Shown: positions 53,602 through 62,400 of the stretch, piece by piece
Layout of the letters: each line of letters opens with the position of its first letter
Numbering within the stretch: the first letter of the stretch is position 1
DNA from: a virus
DNA length: 64,000 bases
Direction: 5' to 3' (one strand)
IMG/VR virus record: IMGVR_UViG_3300036773_000096
Location: 1-64,000 of that record
Program-made: the position numbers and the translations under genes
The notes under the pieces: model-generated
The model's input: only the letters and a program-made list of their open reading frames with translations
The model's database searches: none
What the model was told of the DNA's origin: nothing

Positions 53602-54176
53602 AGACCGACCCGCAGCGGCACCCAGGCGACCCGGATAGTCACCAGCGCCTCCTGCGGCGGGCAGTCCTGGACGGCTGGGGCGGTCGGCGCGGGCTCCACC
53701 GGGGCCGGCGGGGTCAGTGCGGGCGGCGGCGCGGGACGCGGCGGTGCGACTGACTGGCGCACCAGCGGGGGCAGGGGATGTGGCCGGGGCAGCGGTACCG
53801 GCGTCACCCGATGGGGAGGTGTCGCCCTGGCAGGGAGGGCTACTGGCGCCGGGGGTGCGACTACTACAGGGGCAGGCGCTGCGGCTGGCGGGCCGACCTC
53901 GACGCACAGCACACCCGAGAGCACCTTCGGTGGCTGGCACGGTGGCGTGACCGGCACTACACGCGGCGGGCCGCCCAGTCCCGGCGGGGGAGGCGCGGCC
54001 AGCCCATCACCGGGAGTGAAGATGGGCTCACACAGCACGTTGCCGCCCACAATCTGCCCCACCGGGCACGGGTCGGCGGTGGCCGCAGCGGGGACCGCGA
54101 CCATCGCCGCGACCGTGCCCACAGAGGCCAGCGCAGCGAAGTATGGGATGGCGGGGCGACGGCGACGGTGCTTCAT
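53598..54176 (-). CDS. secreted Pro-rich protein (candidate second sortase-associated protein)
   Basis: Basic N-term, hydrophobic signal, ATA-DP cleavage; Cys residues; TGATG coupling to sortase. Confidence 0.7.
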   Translation of the reverse strand: MKHRRRRPAIPYFAALASVGTVAAMVAVPAAATADPCPVGQIVGGNVLCEPIFTPGDGLAAPPPPGLGGPPRVVPVTPPCQPPKVLSGVLCVEVGPPAAAPAPVVVAPPAPVALPARATPPHRVTPVPLPRPHPLPPLVRQSVAPPRPAPPPALTPPAPVEPAPTAPAVQDCPPQEALVTIRVAWVPLRVGL

Positions 54177-54805
54177 CAGGCGGGCCTCGCAAAGACGATG
54201 GTGTTGTCGGCGTAGCCGAACTGTCCCCCGATGAACTGACCGGAGCAAGTGATCAGACGCAGCTCGGAGGTCGGGGTGTAGCCGTAAACCTCCTGAGTGG
54301 GGAACTGCGGCTTGGGCTTCTGTAGGAGCCGGTAGACGGTGTAATTGAGCACCACCCCATCCACGCGGGTCACCGAGACCTTGTCGCCGACGCGCAGCTC
54401 GTGGAGGTGAAAGAAAATCCCCTCCTGGTGCGCACCGTGTACGACCGACCCGTCAACATGCCCGATGATGATCGACGGACCGGCCTGACCGGGCACCACC
54501 CCGGACTTACACGACGTCGCGGGGAGCACATCGGTCTGGCAGTAGTAGGCGGCCTGCTGGGGGTGCGTGACGTCGGGCTCGGCCAGCTCTTTGGTCTTCG
54601 GGTTGATGCCGATCGGTATCAGCGACGAGTGCGCCCCGATCTGGGGAATGTCGATGCTCGCCGGCTGCACCGGGGGCGGTGCCGCCATGTTGTGAACCGG
54701 CGGGGCGCTCGGCGGTGGGGTGTCCCCGCTACCGGCCGCTGAGCAGCCGGTAGCGAGGGCGAGCACTGCTAACGCAGACAGCAGTGCGACGCGACCACGG
54801 ATCAA
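54176..54805 (-). CDS. class F sortase, lipoprotein
   Basis: Lipobox-like LATGC; PASIDIP.I, PG..G.SIIIGHVD, LRLITCSG, YADNTIVFA. Confidence 0.92.
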   Translation of the reverse strand: MIRGRVALLSALAVLALATGCSAAGSGDTPPPSAPPVHNMAAPPPVQPASIDIPQIGAHSSLIPIGINPKTKELAEPDVTHPQQAAYYCQTDVLPATSCKSGVVPGQAGPSIIIGHVDGSVVHGAHQEGIFFHLHELRVGDKVSVTRVDGVVLNYTVYRLLQKPKPQFPTQEVYGYTPTSELRLITCSGQFIGGQFGYADNTIVFARPA

Positions 54806-55515
54806 GAGATCTGGTCGCGCAGGGCACCGCCACCAGTGGGGGCGGGACCCGACGGAACTTCGCCGACCTGCGGGTTACTGGGGGTCACGACGATGGGGCC
54901 GTTGTTGATGACCGTCGGAGGGGCTTCCGGGGTGTCGGTCACGGGCGCCGGCTGGTCGGGGGTGTCCACGGGCGGAGCGGGCACCGGGGCCGGGGTGGGG
55001 GCGGCGCACTCGCTGCCGTGGATCCGGTCGGTCAGCAGGGCGATCTTCGCGTCGAGCAGGCGACCGGACTCCCGTGCCTCATCGAGGTGCTTCCGGGCCG
55101 TGTTGGCCTTGGCCTGTGCGAGGTCGAGCCGATTCTTGGCCAGGTTCACGTCGCCCTGGGTGGCGGTGGGAGGAGTCGCGTGGAATCCCGCGAGGGTGGA
55201 GTCGTAGGCGTTCTGTGCAGTGCGCAGGGCTTCGCGGGCGCTGCGGTCCTCATTCTGGGCATCCTGAACGCTGCGGTGGGAGTGGCCGGCGTCGATCCGG
55301 ACCCGCACCAGGAGCAGCCGGTCCTGATCACAGTTGCCGCCGTTGCCGATGCCAACGTTGACGCGGATGGCGTCACGGTTGCCGGCGTCGCAGTTGACGT
55401 GGTTCTCGCACAGCGGGCGGGGACCGGGGTCGGCGGAAGCGGGGACGGCGATCGCCAGGGGGAGCAGGAACGCCCCCGCAGTGACGGCAGTCAGGATGGT
55501 CTTGCGTGCGCGCAC
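54802..55515 (-). CDS. secreted coiled-coil protein with C-terminal VPSGPAPTGGG sorting-like motif
   Basis: Sec signal ASA-DP; heptads; Pro-rich linker; GAGGAG RBS; coupled to sortase. Confidence 0.8.
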   Translation of the reverse strand: MRARKTILTAVTAGAFLLPLAIAVPASADPGPRPLCENHVNCDAGNRDAIRVNVGIGNGGNCDQDRLLLVRVRIDAGHSHRSVQDAQNEDRSAREALRTAQNAYDSTLAGFHATPPTATQGDVNLAKNRLDLAQAKANTARKHLDEARESGRLLDAKIALLTDRIHGSECAAPTPAPVPAPPVDTPDQPAPVTDTPEAPPTVINNGPIVVTPSNPQVGEVPSGPAPTGGGALRDQIS

Positions 55516-55645
55516 GTGATCTCCTCTTGCGTGGGGCCGGAACGGGTGGTGCTCCGGTAGCGAGCGGACATTACCGCGCGTGCACGGACGGTCACGCTCT
55601 TAGGGTCCTCTCAGGAACCCCGCGTGTTGCGGGGCTGCGCAACTA

Positions 55646-55668
55646 TGGTAGGGTTGGATTCGTTCCGA
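55646..55668 (+). promoter_or_regulatory. conserved element copy 9 (TGGTAGGGT-N7-GTTCCGA)
   Basis: Same spacing; drives + strand island. Confidence 0.75.
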
Positions 55669-55696
55669 CCAACCGCACGAGGGAGACCCACCCACA

Positions 55697-56406
55697 TGGA
55701 CGCCAAAGTCCTCGCACGCATCCGTGGCCTGCTCGCCAAGGCCGAATCAACCGAGTTCCCCGCCGAAGCCGAATCCTGCACCGCCAAAGCACTCGAAATG
55801 ATGACCGCCCACGGTGTCGAACAAGCCCACCTCGACGCCGTCAGCGGCCGGCGCCCCAGCGCCACCTCCCTTCGCATCGACTTCGACAGCCCCTACAGCC
55901 TGGAGAAAGCCACCCTGCTGGGATGCGTCACCGAACCACTGGGCTGCAAGATCGCCATCTTTGGCACCCACCGCACCAGCGACTACGCCACCGTCGTAGG
56001 CATGCCCACCGACCTCGAACTCGTCGAAATGCTCTACACGAGCCTGCTCCTGCAAGGCACCACCCAGGTCGTCCGCCAGCGCCCCTGGGATGTCATGGAG
56101 TCCATCGCCGCCTACCGGCGCACCTGGTGGCTGGGCTTCGCCTACATCATCGAGAAGCGTCTCCAAGCCGCGTACGCCAAGGCCGTGACCGAACACGTCA
56201 GCGACGGGCCGTCCACCGCGCTCGTGCTCCGGGACCGCGCCGCACTGGTCGCCGACACCTTCGATGACCTGTTTCCCAAGCTGGGCAAGCCACATAAGCG
56301 CAACCTCACCGGCAGCGGTGGCGGAGCTGGCGCCATCGCCGGACGCAACGCCGACATCGGCACCGGCCGCCGCGTGGCCCGCACCCGGCAGGCGGCGATC
56401 CGATGA
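55697..56406 (+). CDS. DUF2786 domain protein
   Basis: VLARIRGLLAKAESTEFPAEAE..TAKA.EMM..HG; start at ATG near 55697 after GAGGGAG. Confidence 0.88.
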
Positions 56407-56702
56407 AACCCAGCGAGGGATGCGTGTGGAACGCCGTTGACCGGGAATGGCTGCTCACGGTCGTTGATGAAGCGCCGCTGGTCTTCGGCGCGGTGGCCGC
56501 GCCTCCGCATGGGGATTCGCAGCGGGCCCCGGAACGCTACGACGGTGCCTACGCGACGCACGGTCCCGATCGGTCCCGCGCATCAGTGCAGCCCTACACC
56601 CGCGAGTGCATGGTCGACTTCGATTGCGGCGGTTGCGCGTGCGGGTTCGTGATGGCGCCGTGCAATCACTGCATGGAGCACTGGGCGGAGGATCAGTCGT
56701 GA
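56403..56702 (+). CDS. hypothetical protein, Cys-rich C-terminus
   Basis: ATGA coupling; CGGCACGF..APCNHC. Confidence 0.65.
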   Translation: MKPSEGCVWNAVDREWLLTVVDEAPLVFGAVAAPPHGDSQRAPERYDGAYATHGPDRSRASVQPYTRECMVDFDCGGCACGFVMAPCNHCMEHWAEDQS

Positions 56703-56890
56703 ACGGACCCCGTGAGCCCTTCGAGGTGGAGACCGCGAAAATCCTGGGTGGCATCACAGCTGGCTGCCTGGGGGTCACGCTGGTCGTCTACACGGTGGCC
56801 CCGTTGGTGGTGACGGCCGTCCCCGCGCTCGTCACGGCGATCTTCCTGATCTTTTTTCTCTGGTCGCTATTCCGATTCACGATCGGCTGA
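56699..56890 (+). CDS. small two-TM membrane protein
   Basis: Hydrophobic; GTGA coupling. Confidence 0.6.
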   Translation: MNGPREPFEVETAKILGGITAGCLGVTLVVYTVAPLVVTAVPALVTAIFLIFFLWSLFRFTIG

Positions 56891-56896
56891 CCCGCC

Positions 56897-57106
56897 ATGA
56901 TCAGTCACTCCCGCAACGTGGTCGAATCAGCCGGCGGACTAGTCCTGACCCTCGACGACACCTACGGCAAGACCTGGCAGCAAATCATCACCGAACTCGA
57001 CTCCCTCGCCGCCGACGGGGAACAGGTCTACGTCGAGCCCGCCGCGCTCGCCGGACTCATCCGGGCACTACTCGCCTACGGAGCGCTGCCGGCCAGCGTC
57101 GGCTGA
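56897..57106 (+). CDS. hypothetical protein
   Basis: Follows in operon. Confidence 0.6.
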   Translation: MISHSRNVVESAGGLVLTLDDTYGKTWQQIITELDSLAADGEQVYVEPAALAGLIRALLAYGALPASVG

Positions 57107-57376
57107 CCCCGCGTCGGAGGTCGAGTTGTTGTCCTCTGCCCGAGAACCCTGCCAGGCAGAGAAATGCCCCACGGCGTTGGCGTAGCACGAGATCAGGCCC
57201 ACCCACAGCACGGAGTCGTGCCACCACAGCACCGTCGGGATGATCGCTAAGAACCACACCCCCGTAGCCGTGGAATGAAACCTCCGCCACGTCTTCGGGT
57301 TAGCCCACGCATCCTTGACCCGCTCGAAGCGGGGCCGACATTCCGAGCCCGGCCCCGCTCCGAACGTTGCCATCAC
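57068..57376 (-). CDS. small membrane protein
   Basis: Two TM segments, ISCYANAVGHFSAWQGSRAE; coupled to decoration gene. Confidence 0.65.
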   Translation of the reverse strand: MMATFGAGPGSECRPRFERVKDAWANPKTWRRFHSTATGVWFLAIIPTVLWWHDSVLWVGLISCYANAVGHFSAWQGSRAEDNNSTSDAGSADAGRQRSVGE

Positions 57377-57849
57377 ACGTAGACGTAGCTGGCGGCCAGC
57401 GTCAAAGTCCCGCTGTCGTCGGTCACCGTGGTGGCCACGGTGGCGGCGGAATGCGCACCGGAGACACCCGTGATGGTGGTGTTGTTGACCACAGTGAAGC
57501 TGGTCAACGCCACGCCACCCAGGGCGGCACCCGACGCACCGTCGAAGTTGACGCCCTTGATGGTCACCGGGGTGCCACCAGCGGCAGCGCCCGTAGCCGG
57601 ACTGATCGACAGAATCGACGCGGCCGGGTACAGCGCGACGATGTCGGCCTTGCGCACCTGCTGGCCGGCCTTGTACTTGATCCGGCGCTCCCCGTCGAAG
57701 GTCTTGAAATTGTCCTTATACGGGGCGTAGTTGAACGATTCGTAGATGTCCTCGTTGACGATGCAATCGGTCGCGGGAACATCGGTGGTCTTGGCCTGCA
57801 ACGCCGTGAGGCTCAGCACAGTGGTGCCATCGGCGGCCAGAATAGCCAT
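57373..57849 (-). CDS. capsid decoration-like protein with IPT/TIG (Ig-like) domain
   Basis: ILSISPATGAAAGGTPVTIKGVNF...FTVVNNTTIT; directly after MCP. Confidence 0.8.
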   Translation of the reverse strand: MAILAADGTTVLSLTALQAKTTDVPATDCIVNEDIYESFNYAPYKDNFKTFDGERRIKYKAGQQVRKADIVALYPAASILSISPATGAAAGGTPVTIKGVNFDGASGAALGGVALTSFTVVNNTTITGVSGAHSAATVATTVTDDSGTLTLAASYVYV

Positions 57850-57881
57850 TCGATTACTCCTATTCTTGTGCTAGTCGCTGG

Positions 57882-59240
57882 TCAGGGAGTGATCGCGGCG
57901 GCCAGGTTGACCTTGACCATGGCAGCGGGGCGGTAGACGGCCAAACCCAGCCGCTCTTCGGCCAGGACCACGATGGCGTTACGAATGAAGAAGTCCGCGT
58001 GCTGGTCAGCGGTGCGGATGTTGGACTGCATGCGGTCAAACACCTGCGCGCCCAACCCGAAAGCGCCGATCAGAGCGGTGCCCTCAGGACACGCCGGAGT
58101 GGCGACAACAGGCATCTGCCACAACCGCTTCTCGGCACCGGAAGTGACCGACCCCGCGACCAAATAGCGGCCCTGGGTGTCCTTGGTCAATTCCATGCGC
58201 TCCCAGTCGTATGGGTGCACAACTACGCCGGTCGGGTCATACTGCGCCAACATGACGCGCGTGGCGCCCCGGCGAATAGCATCGACGTAGGTCTCGTTAG
58301 TCGGTGCGTGATAGCCGCCGGAAGGGAACAATTGGATACCCGGCGTGTTGAAAATGCCCAGCAGGTTCTGGCCCGTGCCGTCACCTAGAAGCAGCTGCTG
58401 GTCTTCGACCAACCGCAGGCCATAAAGCAGCCGGGTGTCGATGATTCCGCGCAACTGCGGCTCGTCATCAAGAACGTTGCGCGACGCGGGCACCCAGTGG
58501 GCGAGAGTCCGGATCGGCGTGGTCTTGATGTTGAAGTGGATCTGCGACTTCGGCTTCAGGCCGAAGTTGTCGTTGGGCGGAGAGACCCCGTCACGCTCGG
58601 GAATCATCGCCGCCGCGTTGTCGCCCGCGTCGACGAACCCCAGCTCCTCAATGAACTCGATCATCACCGAGTTGGTGTTCATCTGCGGGAACAGGTCACG
58701 CACCCGCCAGGTGAGCATCGGAGCTGACACCATCGGCGCCCGCTGCACCGTGCCGAAACCAGGGTGGACAACAGTGCCGATGCTGCCGGAATGAACATCC
58801 TTGTACTGCACGCCGTTGGGGGAGGTAATCTCCTCGCCCTCGATGGCGAACGCCTTGTCCATGAAACCGGAGTCACGGTGGCCCTTGAAAGCCTCCGACT
58901 CGACGAAACGCTGCCCCAGTGACTTATACTCGGGCATCGCCGTCACGCCGATACCGGCCGGGGATCCACCCATCGCCACGGGCGTGCCGGCGGGGGCGTC
59001 GAGCCACTCGTCCAGGAGGCCCTTGCGCTCCAGGGCGGTGACGATGCCGTGAGTCTCCTCAGCCTTGGCCAGCAGGGCCTTGAACTCGGTGAGGGCTTCG
59101 GGCTTGACGTGCATGTTGCCTTCGCCGTCGAGCCAACCTGACTTGGTGATCTCGTCCATTTGTGCGTTGATGGACTTCACTTCGACCTTGCCACGATCAA
59201 TGAGGTCTTTGTCGTGGCGGTCGAGAGTAGGTGCGGTCAC
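57882..59240 (-). CDS. major capsid protein, HK97 fold
   Basis: KSLGQRFVES, VRDLF, TLAHWVPASRNVLDD, EDQQLLLGDG, FIRNAIVVLAEERLGLAVYRP. Confidence 0.95.
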   Translation of the reverse strand: MTAPTLDRHDKDLIDRGKVEVKSINAQMDEITKSGWLDGEGNMHVKPEALTEFKALLAKAEETHGIVTALERKGLLDEWLDAPAGTPVAMGGSPAGIGVTAMPEYKSLGQRFVESEAFKGHRDSGFMDKAFAIEGEEITSPNGVQYKDVHSGSIGTVVHPGFGTVQRAPMVSAPMLTWRVRDLFPQMNTNSVMIEFIEELGFVDAGDNAAAMIPERDGVSPPNDNFGLKPKSQIHFNIKTTPIRTLAHWVPASRNVLDDEPQLRGIIDTRLLYGLRLVEDQQLLLGDGTGQNLLGIFNTPGIQLFPSGGYHAPTNETYVDAIRRGATRVMLAQYDPTGVVVHPYDWERMELTKDTQGRYLVAGSVTSGAEKRLWQMPVVATPACPEGTALIGAFGLGAQVFDRMQSNIRTADQHADFFIRNAIVVLAEERLGLAVYRPAAMVKVNLAAAITP

Positions 59241-59446
59241 TGCCGCGTCTCCCTTGCGCTCGGTGTGTGTTCGAGCACGGGAAGCGGGTAGGCCGAAGCG
59301 AACCCCCAGCGTGCTCGGGGACTCGCACCGGTCAGTACCAGGCGCGTTGCGCGCAGTAGATCACTGGTGACGCAAATGGCGGCAGCGACACGCCGCCGGG
59401 TCAGCTACAGTGGAAGTCCCCCCGCTGGGGTAAGTAGCCCCAGCCC

Positions 59447-59477
59447 GACGGCCCCGATCCCCCCCGACGGGGCCGTC
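59447..59477 (-). terminator. hairpin downstream of giant helicase gene
   Basis: 10-bp inverted repeat GACGGCCCCG / CGGGGCCGTC. Confidence 0.5.
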
Positions 59478-59485
59478 TCTAATTC

Positions 59486-62400
59486 CTAGCCCACCGTGGC
59501 GGTCGCCCGGCCCTGCAATGCACCCGTGCCGCACGACGGGCACGGCGCCGTGCCGACCATCCCGTAGGCGGGGATCATGATGTCGTTGCCGCACTCCGGG
59601 CACGGGGCAACCTTTACGAGCATCCCGGATGCGTCCATGACGTAGCGGTAGCCCTCGATGACGGTGTCCTCGTAGGACTCCACATCTTCCGGCCCGTCGG
59701 TGTCGGGGCCGTCAGCGTCGGTGTCCGACGGTTTGGGGCCCTGCTGCGCGCGCAGCTTGAACTCGACACCCAGCCGAGCGGCGCGCAGCATCGTCAATTC
59801 ATCGACCAGCGACCCGGCCGTCTTCTCCTCGACCACGAGGTGACGCTTCCACACCGCGTCGATTTTCGCCCGCTCCGCGTCCGCCTCGGCCTGTCGCGCG
59901 GCCTCTTTCGCCTTGCGGATCCGCTCGCGCTCCTCATAGGGCTTGGAGTAGTCCGGGGCCTCGTAGCCGCCGCTGTAGCCGGGCTGAATGCGACGGTTGA
60001 TCGCCCAGTGCCCCTCGGCCCACGGGAAGTCCAGCGCCGCGAGGTCGTCGAGCAGGGCGTGAACGTTGTCGATGGCCCCGCGCGCATCATCGGGTCGGGG
60101 GATCAGCTCCCCGTCCGACGTCATGAACACTTCCAACTTGTTCCCGCTGCCCAGGGCGGCCAGAGTGCCATCCGGGGACGCGGCGGCATCCGGGGACGCG
60201 GCGGGGATGGAGAACCGCTTCAGGCGGTCCTTTTCCGGCCCGGCGCTGCCCCGGCCCATGAGGGCGACCTTCGCGCTTGCCTTCGTCCGTGCCGTGGCTA
60301 GACCCTTAGTCGCCTCATCCTGCTGCGGGCCGGCGTCGCCTTTCATGCCGGCGGCCTCCATGGCGGCCTGCAACCGTGCTGACTCGGCCGTGGCTTCCTT
60401 CAGCGCGGCGGCGTGAGCGAACGGCACCCCGATGCGGGCCTTCATCGTCGCGGCTTCGCTGCGCAGCGACGCGGCCCGGTCAACCTGAAGGTCGCGGCGG
60501 AACTCCAGGTTGTTCAGCGAGTTCGCCAGGGTGGTGTTGATGCCCGCGCCGAGCTTCTCGACGTCGCTGGGGCTGATGTGCACGATGTTGCCGGGCAGGC
60601 CCTCCCAGGACAGTGTCATCCCAAAGCGCTTCGTGCCGAGCTTGTCGTAGTGGACCTCCGGCTGACCCAGCAGCACGTGACCGCCGATGGTGCCCAGCGG
60701 CTTGGGCTTCGACCCGGCGTAGCCGTAGCGGCGTTCCCGGATCTGATCCTGCATCGCCGACTTCAGCAGGGTCGCCCCGTCGGCGCGGGTCCGGGCGGTG
60801 ATGCCGGCGACGTTGATGGAGTACTTGTCACCGCTGATGTCGGTGCGCTTGGCGATCGCCGCGTTGTAGGCGGCGGCGTCGGCGTCGGCCTGCTCCGCGT
60901 TGGCCCCGTAGGAGACCACGTCGCGCCGTAGGTTGGTTTGGGTACGGGCGTGCTGGCGCTCCAGGCGGGTGAGCTTGCCGACCGTGACGTCGACTTTCGC
61001 CTTGTCCATGAGTAGCGGGTTGCCGGTGGCCAGGGCCTTGACTTCGGCGTAGGACAGGGCGGTGTCGCCGACGTCTTCGATCTCTCGGACGTCGCCCATC
61101 TTGCCGCGCATGATCTGGTCGATGAACTTCTTTTTGCGCTCCAGGGTCTGCCACATATAGGCGTCGAAGCTGCCCTCGGTGACGTAGCGGAAGATCGCGA
61201 CCTCTTTGTTGGTGTTGCCCTGGCGCATGATTCGGCCGTCGCGCTGCTCCACATCGCTGGGGCGCCACGGGGCGTCGAGGTGGTGCAGCGCGACCGCGCG
61301 GCGCTGCACGTTGGTGCCGACACCCATTTTTTCCGTCGACCCCACCAGCACGGAGACCTGACCGTTGCGGGCGGCGGCGAACAGCTCCGCTTTCTCCCGG
61401 TCGTTTTTGGCCTCGTGCATGAACCGGATCGACTTCGGGTCCATGCCACGGGCGGCCAGCTCGTCACGCAGCTTCTGGTAGGCGTTCATGCCGGCACCGC
61501 CGGGTGTGCCCATGTCGCAGAACACGATCTGCATGCCGCCCGGCGGCGGGTCGTCGCCACCAGCGGGGTCGTTGATGTCTTTCGGGACGGGCCGGTCTTT
61601 GTTCGCATCCCAGATCTTGTAGATGTTGTCGGCCGCCTCTTCGATCTTGCCCGGCTGGTGCTTCTCTCCCACCAGCGCCATGCTCAGGGCGGCCTTGCGA
61701 CCATCACCGGAGATCTTGAGCATGTTGTCGTCTTCGGGCTTGACCTTGCCGTTGCGGACATCCTCGGCGCGCTGGCCCAACTCCTGGACGTAAGCCGACA
61801 ACTCCGGCGACGCCGGCACGATGACGTTCTGCACCCCACCTGTGGCCAGGTCCGGGGTCTTCAGGTTCAGGTCATCGGCCATCTTCACATCAGCGAACAG
61901 GTGGAACAATCGCAGCAACTCAGGAACGTTGCGGAACTTCGCGAAGCGCGTGGTCTGGCGGAACCCCGTACCCTCAGGCTTGAGTTCCATCTCATCAACG
62001 GTCTTGCCGAACGTCGCCGCCCACTGGTCGAATGAGTGAATACCGGCCTCGCGCAACGTCTCAGGGTCGAGGAACCGTTGCATGATGTATGCCTGGGTGA
62101 CCGTGTTGCGGATCGGGGTGCCCGTGGCGAACGTTCCCACCCGGCCCGACTTATTGTTCGCCCGCAGGTGCTCCATTTTCATGTGCAGGTCCGACGCCAT
62201 GTCCGATCCGGTCGCCCCCGCGCCCTGGATGTTGGAGATGGTGCGCAGGTTGGAGTACATATGCGCCTCGTCGACACACAGGTAGTCGATGCCGGTCTCC
62301 TCCCAGCTCACCCCGGCATCCTTAACCTTGTCCAGCTTCGCCTTCAGGGCCTCCTCAGCCTTGATCAGCGAGTTCTCCATTTTCTTAACGGTCTTCTCTT

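Noticed and set aside
53458-54325. Several Pro/Arg-rich alternative ORFs around the sortase cassette
   Set aside because: Frame shadows of the Pro-rich secreted gene; no RBS or coupling
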